Positions 26,925 through 38,108 of a stretch of DNA of 40,785 bases are shown here, piece after piece. The stretch comes from Octopus bimaculoides. Taxonomy: Eukaryota. The stretch spans positions 48,630,309 to 48,671,093 of the forward strand of contig NC_068997.1 in the NCBI RefSeq assembly GCF_001194135.2. Direction: 5' to 3'. Under the pieces are notes generated by a model. The model worked only from the letters and a program-made list of their open reading frames with translations. It ran no database searches and was not told the DNA's origin. Positions within the stretch are counted from its first letter, which is position 1; every line of letters starts with the position of its first letter. A program made the position numbers and the translations under genes.

Positions 26925-27018
26925 GATCTACTTAATGCCTGACGAACGGCGCTATTTACAGTCGAAACTGAGAAAAAAAACCTGTAACCCAAAATTTGAA
27001 GAAAGCTACATATTCCAG
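26925..27018 (+). CDS. SYT15: Synaptotagmin-15-like internal exon, C2A domain (phase 2 start, phase 0 end)
   Basis: ttttcacAG acceptor and CAG|GTatc donor. The 94 nt encode (R)IYLMPDERRYLQSKLRKKTCNPKFEESYIFQ, which resembles vertebrate SYT15 C2A as I recall it (LPDERRFLQSK..RKT.NP.F.E.FIFQ). Confidence 0.9.
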
Positions 27019-27267
27019 GTATCAAATGATCTCGTTCTTTGTCTCGAAAATAAATTTTTCCATTCAACATTTTGATTGTCATCATTTTGAAAATTTTAAT
27101 TGTCAATTAGAATTTTTGAACTGAAATTCAAAAATTAAAATAGTTTTCCCCGTGTTGGCGCGAACATGAGCGTGTGGTTAAAATGCTCACTTTGAAACCA
27201 TGTGGTTCTCGGTTCAGATTCACTGCATTGCACCTTAGGCATGCGTCTTCTCTTATAGCCCCGGGCC

Positions 27268-27650
27268 AATCACGAACAGAAGTAGCTGGGAATCATCATA
27301 GCCATGTATTAAGAGGAATTCTTTTGGGTTTAGATAATTTACCTCTGGAAACATAGTTGTTTTGTCCGTCATCCTTAACAACCTTCATTGAGGGGCATTT
27401 TGAGCGGGATGGGCTACTAAACCTCAGCAACGTTTTTCTGCGGAATGGGCTACTCGACCTGAAGAATATTCTGCGCCCCACCTGCGAGGTCATGCGCTGT
27501 CCATCTTGATATGAGATCACCATGTTGTGCACATATGGTTGTGATGCATGTGCTTGATGTACCCTTATCAGACGGGTAGTCATGATGGGTATATAGGGCT
27601 TCGTATATTTGTACCCCATCTTCACTCTCATGCCATGCGTTGTTGTCACA
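27268..27650 (+). repeat. Unclassified interspersed repeat, with a second copy at about 27995-28345
   Basis: Both copies share ttttgagcgggatggg.tact, ccccacctgc.aggtcatgcgctg and atcagacgggtagtcatgatgggtata. Confidence 0.8.
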
Positions 27651-27798
27651 CATAAAAAAAAAAGAAAATAATAATAATGGTCGCCGGAAGGATGAATAGT
27701 AAAGTCAACTTCCGCGTTATTTGAACTCGGAAAGTAGAGACGAACGAAATGCCGGCAATCATTTTGCCCGGTGTGCTAACGATTCTACCAGCTCGCCA

Positions 27799-27816
27799 AT
27801 AATAATAATAATAATG

Positions 27817-27855
<39 letters not shown>

Positions 27856-27980
27856 GTGATGGTGATGTTTATGGTGGTGATGATGATGATGATGATGAGA
27901 AGAAGAAGAAGAAGAAGAAGAAGAAGAAGAAGAAGAAGAAGAAGAAGAAGAAGAAGAAGAAGAAGAAGAAGAAGAAGAAG
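27799..27980. repeat. Compound trinucleotide microsatellite (AAT)n-(GGT/GAT)n-(AAG)n; a similar (AAT)-(GAT)-(GAG) tract lies at 28570-28735
   Basis: Direct reading. Confidence 0.95.
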
Positions 27981-28361
27981 ATGCGCTACAGCAAATATTT
28001 TGCTCAATACCACAGATTTGCTTGTCGGTTGTTTGACCTTGACCAGCTGAGCATGTCCCTTAGTGTGACGATATGTGTATCTCTGATCACGACCAGAAGT
28101 AATGGGGGAGCATGGGTGTTTCGTTCAACACCCTTATTAAAGGACCTTTTGAGCGGGATGGGTTACTCAGCCTGAAGAAAATTCCAACTGGGCCCCACCT
28201 GCAAGGTCATGCGCTGTTTATCACCATGTCGCCAACACATGGTTATGATAAACGAGCCCGGTGTCATCAGACGGGTAGTCATGATGGGTATACTGGGCTT
28301 CGTATATTTTACCCCAGTGTCACTTTGATGGCATTCACTCCTCTCTCACTCAATAATAGTA

Positions 28362-28454
28362 AAAACTCTTGAGAAGTACATGGAGCAAATAGGGGCTGCA
28401 ATAAGGGTGGAACACTTGCAGAAAACAGCACTGATTGGAACCGCTCGAATACTG
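28362..28454 (+). mobile_element. Short C-terminal fragment of an RLE-type (R4/Dong-like) LINE
   Basis: Encodes KTLEKYMEQIGAAIRVEHLQKTALIGTARIL, matching the LQK.ALLGTARIL C-terminal motif of RLE elements. Confidence 0.7.
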
Positions 28455-28586
28455 ATAGAATAAGTACTAGGCTTACAAAGAATACGTCCTGGGGTCGATT
28501 TCTTCGACTAAAGGCGGTGCGCAAGCATGGCCGCAGTCAAATGACTGAAACAAGTAAAATAATAAAATAATAAAATAATAATAATA

Positions 28587-28680
<94 letters not shown>

Positions 28681-28736
28681 GGAGGAGGAGGAGGAGGAGG
28701 AGGATGATAATAAAAAATTAAAAAATAATAATAATA

Positions 28737-28953
28737 ATCTCAATTTACTTCATTTTGGTAATATTTAAGGATTGACGATACTCCTTCTGAAGGTAAAAGT
28801 ACGACAATAAGAGTGCGACTGTTATCGAATGGGAGGAGTAAAGTAGATCCCTTAAATATTGCCAAAATGAAGTGGATTGAGATGATTGTTTTGAACTCGT
28901 GGAAGAGACACGAGGTGTCGAAATATTGTTCATTCGATAACAGTCGCACTCTT
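28737..28953. repeat. Two interleaved inverted repeats (34-bp and 23-bp arms)
   Basis: A 28737-28770 pairs with A' 28850-28883 (3 differences). B 28809-28831 pairs perfectly with B' 28931-28953. Confidence 0.9.
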
Positions 28954-28968
28954 CTTAATGTTCCTTTC

Positions 28969-29025
<57 letters not shown>

Positions 29026-30020
29026 CTGTTTTCTGAGAAGTTGCCTTCTTTATTCGTATAGGCAAATTGTCAAAGTATCTACAGAACATGTTGTATATTA
29101 TTATTACTATTATAGTTGTGCCAATTATAAACGATGTGATCGCCACAATACTCTTGTAATTAATTTATAAATTTTACAATGCTTTTAGTTCAGCAGCTAC
29201 ATCGTTGTAATTCTATCAATACAACATTATATTCATTCGATATTGCTATGTTGATAACTAGTATGTTGCTGTCACTTTTGATATGGAAAAACTGTCACGT
29301 TTATTATGTTATATTTCATAGTCTGTAGATTAGACTCGTACAGTATTTCCAAAGTGTCATCTTCAGGACAGGTGGAAGTTCTAGTTAATGCCACAGAACG
29401 TTGTCTTCTTGAAATAATTTAAATAACTTAGCATATATGTCTGTGAGTTGTCTATATTTGTTTCTTCATATTTCTGTCTATGCCGATCATTTGCAGCCCT
29501 TTGTATTATCACGTATACACGTATGTCTAACCTTCTACATTGACACACGTCTAGAGATACGTCCATATACATTTGCCTTTCATTCATCTTGCTTTTTTGT
29601 AACTAGAAATAGACAGAATTTTGAAATTAAAACAAGGATTGAGAACTAAAGAACAAAGATTCTTTGGAGGCTCAAATTAGAATTTATTATTTTTTTTTTC
29701 ATCATCAACAGAAGCATTTTTAGATCCTTTCCTGATTAGTGTAATCTGGGGGTAAATACTTGACTTCTCATTTTAGCTTCAGGAAAATACACCCGCAAGG
29801 TAGAAGTCCCTGGAAATAGTATGTATGCAGTCACTTAGAATTTCTTCCCTTTTCTTTCTCGATTGCTAAAGTAGGAAGTCTCTATGAAGAAAGGGGGAAG
29901 AAGAAAAAGATAAGGGAAACCATTCATTCCATGAATGTCTTCTACACAAAAATTATTGTCCATCTATAAATGTTCCGCTTCGTAAAACGTTTAATTTATA
30001 TACCTCGTATTATATCCTGC

Positions 30021-30391
30021 GTGGAGGCGCAATGGCCCAGTGGTTAGGGTAGCGGACTCGCGGTCATAGGATCGCGGTTTCGATTCCCAGACCGGGCGTT
30101 GTGAGTGTTTATTGAGCGAAAAACACCTAAAGCTCCACGAGGCTCCGGCAGGGCGATGGTGGCGAACCCTGCTGTATTCTTTCACCACAACTTTCTCTCA
30201 CTCTTTCTTCCTGTTTCTGTTGTACCTGTAATTCAAAGGGTCAGCCTTGTCACACTGTGTCACGCTGAATATCCCCGAGAACTGCGTTAAGGGTACACAT
30301 GTCCGTGGAGTGCTCAGCCACTTGCACGTTAATTTCACGAGCAGGCTGTTCCGTTGATCGGATCAACTGGAACCCTCGACGTCGTAAGCGA
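30021..30391 (+). mobile_element. SINE family A copy with intact tRNA-like head
   Basis: A-box-like TGGCCCAGTGG and B-box-like GGTTTCGATTCCC. The body matches three other copies in the window. Confidence 0.92.
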
Positions 30392-30723
30392 TGCAGGGCC
30401 TACAATTATATCTTGCGGATGACTTCTACAAAGAATGAAATGATTCATGCATTTTTACCTAAAACCATCGTACTAAAATAAGTCCGATAAATATCTACAT
30501 TCAGTTCATCTTTATTCTCAGTTTAAAATAGAAACACGTAATTCCGCCAAATATTTGGGCGAACTGATTATTTTCCGTGTAGTAACTGTCCCCAAAAGGA
30601 CCCCACTTCTTATTTATTTATCAACAGATTATTTGCAAAGTCAACTACAGTCCAGCGAATTTCTTTTCATTTCTGCTCTGCTGGTGTTGAAAACCGTAAA
30701 TTTATTATCCAATTCCATTGCAG

Positions 30724-30894
30724 GTATCGCACAAATCTTTTGATGATCGAATTCTGAAGTTCACCATGTTTGATGTGGATCGTCACCGACGTCATAATGT
30801 AATTGGACACGCATTGTTCCCGCTCAAAGAATATGATTGCGAGAATAACGAGAGAATGGTTATTTGGCGGGACCTCGAGAAAGAAGTGTCAGAG
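30724..30894 (+). CDS. SYT15: Synaptotagmin-15-like internal exon, second half of C2A (phase 0-0)
   Basis: ttgcAG acceptor and GAG|GTtaga donor. The 171 nt encode VSHKSFDDRILKFTMFDVDRHRRHNVIGHALFPLKEYDCENNERMVIWRDLEKEVSE, in frame with the previous exon and with C2 motifs (DVDR..HNVIG, WRDL). Confidence 0.92.
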
Positions 30895-31114
30895 GTTAGA
30901 AATATATTTCGTATAATCATTTATTAAATGGGTTTTTTTTCTATTAAGCTTTTGACGACTCACTTTCAATGTGTTCTTTCGCATTTTGTCTTTGGTTTTA
31001 CCAAACAAATGTTTGTGTGGAAAAGATCGTGCAGGGAATTAACACGTACTATTGATTTGAATGTTGTAGGGTACGAAATAATCCATACGCTATGTATTTG
31101 GCAATACGACTACC

Positions 31115-31204
<90 letters not shown>

Positions 31205-31268
31205 GATAAGTAATATATACTCGAATTTTACACTAATCTCTTGTTAAGCTCTTTTTTTCTTTTTGCAG

Positions 31269-31285
31269 TCCACCTCCGACAAAGG
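31269..31285 (+). CDS. SYT15: Synaptotagmin-15-like exon, only the 5' end visible (linker and start of C2B); the rest lies in gap 31286-31513
   Basis: Strong acceptor ttttttttctttttgcAG, then TCC ACC TCC GAC AAA GG (STSDKG), then Ns. A phase 0 to phase 1 exon is needed here to join 30894 to 33809 in frame. Confidence 0.7.
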
Positions 31286-31513
31286 NNNNNNNNNNNNNNN
31301 NNNNNNNNNNNNNNNNNNNNNNNNNNNNNNNNNNNNNNNNNNNNNNNNNNNNNNNNNNNNNNNNNNNNNNNNNNNNNNNNNNNNNNNNNNNNNNNNNNNN
31401 NNNNNNNNNNNNNNNNNNNNNNNNNNNNNNNNNNNNNNNNNNNNNNNNNNNNNNNNNNNNNNNNNNNNNNNNNNNNNNNNNNNNNNNNNNNNNNNNNNNN
31501 NNNNNNNNNNNNN
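31286..31513. other. Assembly gap (one of nine: 1129-2021, 6883-7221, 12677-12747, 19060-19741, 22386-22544, 23112-23335, 31286-31513, 36103-36834, 39088-39917)
   Basis: N runs. Confidence 1.
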
Positions 31514-31678
31514 CTATAGTTATCGTATGCAAAAAGCACATTGAATATACTGATACTTTAGAAGAAAAATAACCAGCGCAATACATTGTAATTATGTGTC
31601 TCAGGAATCTAGAGATGCCATTTGCCGGTTCAAGAGAAAAATATAATATAATTTAATTGTGATATAAGGATATCTATG

Positions 31679-31735
<57 letters not shown>

Positions 31736-31887
31736 CCTCTCTCTCTATCTATCTCGCTATCTTATCTATCTATTGCTGTCCCTGCCAAATTGATAGCACC
31801 AATCTGTGACCAAAAGCAGTCTAGTGTCCATACGCCATCTTAGACATCCTTTAATTCAGTTCAACGCGCCTCACGAGTTCAGTTGGT

Positions 31888-32277
31888 GTGTTGTTGTTGG
31901 CACTCCGTCGCTTACGACGTCGAGGGTTCCAGTTCATCCGATCAACGGAACCCGCCTGCTCGTGAAATTAACGGGCAAGTGGCTGAGCACTCCACAGACA
32001 CGTGTACCCTTAACGTAGTTCTCGGGGATATTCAGCGTGACACAGTGTCACAAGGCTGACCCTTTGAGTTACAGGCACAACAGAAACAGGAAGTAAGAGT
32101 GAGAGAAAGTTGTGGTGAAAGAGTACAGCAGGGTTCGCCACCATGCCCTGCCGGAACCTCGTGGAGCTTTAGGTGTTTTCGATCAATAAACACTCACAAC
32201 TCCCGGTCTGGAAATCGAAACCGCGATCCTATGACCGCGAGTCCGCTGCCCTAACCACTGGGCCATTGCGCCTCCAC
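31888..32277 (-). mobile_element. Full-length SINE family A copy with 9-bp TSD
   Basis: TSD tcagttggt at 31879-31887 and 32278-32286, with a (CAA)n-like tail. Confidence 0.93.
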
Positions 32278-33808
32278 TCAGTTGGTTTAACGAACCCCAA
32301 AAATTTAAGTTGCATGGAACCGAAACAAACTGTTATTACCTAATAAATATATATGCATCTACTAAAACGTATGAAATGTTAGCGAGGAATTTAGTTTCGC
32401 GAAATTCGCGAGGCTGGCATATTTGCGAAAATAAAATCCGCGAAATTTGATCCTAAAAGGTTATAAGTTTCAGTCATTTTTATAAAATGGGGAGAAACCC
32501 GAGGCAAGAAAATCAACTATTCTTTGTAATATGTTTATTTCAAATGAAAAATACACAAAAATCTACATTCAATTAAAAATTACGACATTCAATGAAATCA
32601 TCGTCTTTGATTTGCACAACATTAAGTATACCTGTGTATTTCCAAACTTGCAACAAAATATTTTTATGTTTAGATGTACAATCAAATGATGACAAAACCC
32701 ATTTAGTATGCAATGGTTTTACAATTGAGTGTTTTAACTGAACAGTAACATTATTTACAGATTTTACCGGAATTTAACTGTGAAGTAACTTCATCTGCAT
32801 ACCATAAAGTGAATTTGTATTTTAATTGTTGTTTGAGAAAATGATTGGCCTGTATGTTTCAGTAGGCTCTGTGTTAAAAAAGTTTCAGTTATATTCAGCC
32901 ATTTCATATTTTGTCTTTCTCTCCGTTTTGTCTGTCTCTCTGTTTGTCTATCTCTTTCTCATTTTTTCTCTCTGTCTTTGTCTCTCTTTCCTTCTTTCTC
33001 TCTCACATACGATGTATTCATGTTTGTCTATGCATCTGTCTTCCTCTCCTTTTGTTTTCACATACGCTGTATATATGAGTGTTTATGCATTAATATAAGA
33101 ATATATGTGCTTATATGTATACATATATGTACATACACATGTATGGATAGATAGACAGATACATACACACACACACTCACAAAAAAATATGCATGTATGT
33201 ATGTATATAAGTGTGTGTGTGTATGTGTGTGTGCGTGCGTGTGTGTCTGAGCTGTGGTTTCATAAGGCTCGCTGAAACTAAATAATGTCGATGTATGCGG
33301 TTCTTTAGTTTCAGCAATTGGCTTCTCAACCATTTTTCGCCTATGGAAAGTTTCGATCTCAACTTTACTCTAGTTTTATAATTAAATATTTCTAGGAATT
33401 GTATAAAAAATTAAACTATTTTCTATATTGTAGAAGTATAACCGATATTTTTTACATAAATTTTAACGGCAAAGGCTTACGAGGACCCTTAAGAGATCTT
33501 ATGAGGACCCTTAAGAGATATATGCATCCCAGTTGAGAACCACAGAGTTTCTTTATTATGTCTGGAATGATTTTTTTTATTCTACATATTGAAGCCTCAC
33601 TAGAAAACTTACGCTGTACGTAGGTCGAATCATCACATCTCCAAATTTCCATACATTTCTCCGGAGGTCACTATAATTCGAACGGCTAAAATAATGATGT
33701 ACATCTAATTGATTATCTTATATCAACCACAAAATGTTTTTGTTTTAAATAAATGCTTTCATACTTCATATGAGTTGTTAATAAATCTATTTACACATAT
33801 ATTTTCAG

Positions 33809-33991
33809 ATTCCTATGTGAAAGTGTGTCTCTTAATTCAGAACAAGATTGTCAAATCGAAAAAAACTGCGATTGTGAAGCGAACTATCGACCCGAACTTT
33901 AGCGAGTCTTTCACTTTTAAGCTCTCTTCATCGTCACTTGATACGGCAAGCATAAGTGTTAGCACTATGCAACATTTCACCGGTGCTAAAG
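33809..33991 (+). CDS. SYT15: Synaptotagmin-15-like internal exon, C2B core (phase 1-1)
   Basis: attttcAG acceptor and AAAG|GTtagt donor. The 183 nt encode (D)SYVKVCLLIQNKIVKSKKTAIVKRTIDPNFSESFTFKLSSSSLDTASISVSTMQHFTGAK, a typical C2B with a polybasic patch and P.F.E.F.F motif. Confidence 0.93.
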
Positions 33992-34473
33992 GTTAGTGTC
34001 ATAAGTCCTGGTCACAATATAAACACTACGTTCCTATGTCCAACGATTTTATTGTTTCCGTGTTAACTTTCGGAGTTGTGCTGCACAAATTGCGGAAGAG
34101 GCCGAGTTTCAGCAGAGCTTTGAGAAGTTTAAAGTAAGTATTCTCTCAAGTTCTCTGAGCCGGTTACTCTGTCTGTGGAATGTAGGTGACCGAGATTATA
34201 ACATTCCCCTTGAACGGATCGTCAGTCTGCCACAGCTTTACTCATTATCAGGGTTACTTATTTTCGGTCTGGGAATCAAAACTACCACCTTGCAAGCATC
34301 ACCCTAACTGCTAGGCCACGCATCTTCACTTTGAGATGTTTAGCAAAATGTTATTTGCATTAAGAAAGTAAATCTAAGGTCAGCGCTCTGTTTATATAGT
34401 TTTTATGGAGTCTGAAACTGGGATAACAATCATTACTTTGCTTGTAAATCCAAAATTTGAAACCATTATTATT

Positions 34474-34690
34474 AAAGCGGCGAGCTGGCAGAATCCTTAT
34501 TGTGTTGGACAAAATGCTTCGCAGCATTTCTTCCGACTTACATTCCGAATTCAAATGCCGCCGGGGCTGAGTTGCCTTTCGTCCTATCGGAATCAATGAA
34601 ATAAATAGCAGTTGAGCACTGAAGTCAATACAACCGACTTGTCCCTCCAACGAAATCACTGGTGTTTTGCCAAAACTGAGACCATTATTA
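34474..34690 (+). mobile_element. SINE family B copy
   Basis: gcggcgagctggcagaatc head, gaattcaaatgccgcc, gttgcctttcgtcctatcgg core. Confidence 0.75.
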
Positions 34691-35063
34691 CATAAGAGTT
34701 TGGTCCAATGATTTACATTCTAAGTTCAATTCCCACCGAGGTAAATACTTTTTTTTTGTTATCCTTTCGTAGTTGATTAAACAAAGTACCAGACAAATAC
34801 TGGGGTCAATAATGTCTTTCCATCAAAAAATTCCTGGCCCCATAACTAAATCAGAAACCATTATCTTATATGCTTTATCATTTACTTGTTTTTAGTAATT
34901 ACACTGTGGCCACGCTGGGGCACAGCATTGAAGAACTTTTAGACAAATGAATCGGCTCCTGTAATTACTACGTTTAAAACCTGGTACTTATTTAATCGGG
35001 CTCTTTTGTCGAATCACTATATATTTAAAATATTCACCCATTTTTCTTTTTCTGTCTTTGCAG

Positions 35064-35188
35064 ACAAAATGATCGGCCGAGTGGTCCTTGGATCTTTCAT
35101 GTTCGCTCGTGGTCGGGAGCTGGACCACTGGAATGAAATGTTGAGCAGTCAACGGGATCAAATCAGTTACTGGCACTCGCTCACCTAA
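35064..35188 (+). CDS. SYT15: Synaptotagmin-15-like last coding exon
   Basis: Polypyrimidine tract and ttgcAG acceptor. Encodes (D)KMIGRVVLGSFMFARGRELDHWNEMLSSQRDQISYWHSLT with TAA at 35186-35188. GRELxHWxEML and WHxL match the SYT15 C-terminus as I recall it. Confidence 0.92.
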
Positions 35189-35236
35189 AAATCAGCCTGT
35201 CCTTCAATGATACCAATTATTGTAATAGAGTTTAAT

Positions 35237-35620
35237 GTGTGTGCGTATACACATACATACATACATACACACATACACACACTCACATATATAATTATAT
35301 ATATATATATATATCTTCATATATATACATATATATAAATATATATATATTTATATATATGTATATATATATATACATATATATATATACATACATAGAT
35401 ATACATACATATATATGCATTTATATATATACATATATATGCATATATGTGTATACATGTGCATATATGACTATATTTATATACATATACACACATATAA
35501 ATGTAGATATGTGTATATATATGTCTATATATATCCATATACCTATTTGTAAGCGCGTGTGTATATGTATATACATATATATATATGTATGTTTATATCA
35601 ATACATGTATGTATATATAT

Positions 35621-35687
<67 letters not shown>

Positions 35688-35790
35688 TATATGTATTATA
35701 TTTAGGCATATATATATATATATATATATATATTCATCATAAACATATTTTAGATAGATATATATGATATACATATATGCGTACACACAT
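35237..35790. repeat. Compound (TA)n/(CA)n/(TACA)n microsatellite just downstream of the stop codon; similar tracts at 5120-5630, 6080-6360, 8040-8290 and 10690-10800
   Basis: Direct reading. Confidence 0.95.
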
Positions 35791-37472
35791 GCATACATTA
35801 ACGATGATGATTATAATAACGAAGTAAAATTTTAAAAAAAAATCATAATAATAACAACAACATCAGCAAAAACAATTATAAGGATAAACGTAACAACAAC
35901 AAAAAACTTGTAGTATTAGTGCACTGAAGCAATAGCGATGATGATGATGATGATGTAATAGATAAAATTACAAGCATCTAATATAATTATCTTAGCAACG
36001 GCGTTACAGCTACGTTATAGCAAAACGCACAATATACGCAGTATTACACAAACAAACGAACAAATGCTTAACGATGCACACACACACACACACACACACA
36101 CANNNNNNNNNNNNNNNNNNNNNNNNNNNNNNNNNNNNNNNNNNNNNNNNNNNNNNNNNNNNNNNNNNNNNNNNNNNNNNNNNNNNNNNNNNNNNNNNNN
36201 NNNNNNNNNNNNNNNNNNNNNNNNNNNNNNNNNNNNNNNNNNNNNNNNNNNNNNNNNNNNNNNNNNNNNNNNNNNNNNNNNNNNNNNNNNNNNNNNNNNN
36301 NNNNNNNNNNNNNNNNNNNNNNNNNNNNNNNNNNNNNNNNNNNNNNNNNNNNNNNNNNNNNNNNNNNNNNNNNNNNNNNNNNNNNNNNNNNNNNNNNNNN
36401 NNNNNNNNNNNNNNNNNNNNNNNNNNNNNNNNNNNNNNNNNNNNNNNNNNNNNNNNNNNNNNNNNNNNNNNNNNNNNNNNNNNNNNNNNNNNNNNNNNNN
36501 NNNNNNNNNNNNNNNNNNNNNNNNNNNNNNNNNNNNNNNNNNNNNNNNNNNNNNNNNNNNNNNNNNNNNNNNNNNNNNNNNNNNNNNNNNNNNNNNNNNN
36601 NNNNNNNNNNNNNNNNNNNNNNNNNNNNNNNNNNNNNNNNNNNNNNNNNNNNNNNNNNNNNNNNNNNNNNNNNNNNNNNNNNNNNNNNNNNNNNNNNNNN
36701 NNNNNNNNNNNNNNNNNNNNNNNNNNNNNNNNNNNNNNNNNNNNNNNNNNNNNNNNNNNNNNNNNNNNNNNNNNNNNNNNNNNNNNNNNNNNNNNNNNNN
36801 NNNNNNNNNNNNNNNNNNNNNNNNNNNNNNNNNNTATATTTGTGTGTGTGTGTAGAAGGTTGTAAAGTAACACCCGAGTTGATATATATAAGGAAAATAG
36901 GACAAGGTAGAAAATGTTAAAATAATTTTATCATGAAGAGCATTTTAGTGCCGGTTTGTCTTTGTGACTTTTTCAACTTAGAGTAAAGCATAAAAGCAAT
37001 TGAATTGAGGAAAAGTTAAATTTTTTTATTTATTTATTTATTTATTTATTTTTGGGGTATTTCCAGAGTTTTCAAATGCATCGGACATTTCCCTTTTTTC
37101 TGTTGCTCTCTGTTTTACTTTTGTGAAGGATCGCTAGGTAAGTAGTAGCAGATCTGAAGGAATATCTAATACGAGAAATGTGGGTTCTTGGTTTTGAATG
37201 TTTAAGCAGCAGTAGCGGAGGAAGGAGACGGCGAACAAGAAGAAGAAGAAGAAGAAGAAGAAGAAGAAGAAGAAGAAGATAGAGAGAGAGAGAATAAAAA
37301 AATACAGGAGTGGTATGACAGTAGTCGTTTGTTGGTGAAGTTCTTTTTTAATGGTCAAGTGACCTAAAAGTGACCTGTTGTGGTTATAGTAGTAGCGATA
37401 GGAATTGTTCTGTTCTGAATATATCGTTAGTAATATTTGCGTGGGTATTATTCTAAGGCCTTTGTAGTAGTG

Positions 37473-37730
37473 TCATTTGGAGGCATTCAAAAAGGATTTA
37501 TATTTTGCGATAAAATGTGACGCTTTACTAATGCACTGATTATAGGTTGCGTTGTCCCTGAATTTATAGAGGGGATAAATTCTTAAGTTGGGTTGTTCGT
37601 TAGTGGCGCAAATGTCGATGTATTCACTGAACGCTATTTCTCTTTATTCCTGAATTTTAATCTGGGATCTATGTAGTATCATCTTTTGGCGTAGACTGTT
37701 TTTGGTTTGGCCTATGTATTGCTCTCGACA
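37473..37730 (-). mobile_element. Penelope-like GIY-YIG endonuclease relic
   Basis: CREQYIGQTKNSLRQKMILHRSQI..*..SEYIDIC..IYPLYKF..HFIAKYKSFLN matches the YIGQT..L..R...H and FI.KY...LN motifs of PLE endonucleases. One in-frame stop. Confidence 0.8.
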
Positions 37731-37904
37731 CATCCTTCAGATCTGCTACTACCTACCAACCGAGCCTGAGGGAGAAAAAAGGAAAATGTCCCGTGTATTT
37801 GAAAACTACGGAAATATTTTGAAGCAACATTTAATTTAATTTTTCCACAATTTAATTGTTTTCATGCTTTGAAAAAGTCACGAATACTGAAACCGGTACT
37901 AAAA

Positions 37905-38057
37905 TCGTACATTATTTACATCATTTACATTCGACGGATATTTGTCCTCATCTTGTTTGTTGTTAACACAACATATCGGCTAATATACTCTCCAGCCTTC
38001 TTCAGGTGTCTTGGGGAAATTTCGAACCTGGGTTCTCCTTTCTAAGGTATTTTTCGA

Positions 38058-38108
<51 letters not shown>

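Noticed and set aside
29350-29385. CTGAAGA-TGAC on the minus strand as another hammerhead
   Set aside because: No GAAA after the putative stem II and no stem I partner.
29777-29799. Candidate microexon between the two C2A exons (ttttAG..AAG|GTagaa)
   Set aside because: At 23 or 17 nt it would break the phase 0-0 junction, and the flanking exons already join into a normal C2A.
30021-30095. tRNA gene
   Set aside because: The tRNA-like sequence is the head of a multi-copy SINE, continuous with a 300-bp body and lacking a proper acceptor stem.
33271-33315. 12-bp inverted repeat gctgaaactaaa / tttagtttcagc
   Set aside because: The stem does not extend, so it is too short for a miRNA precursor or MITE.
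33481-33519. 17-bp direct repeat with a 22-bp period (a similar 27-bp duplication lies near 4720-4770)
   Set aside because: Ordinary two-copy slippage duplication.
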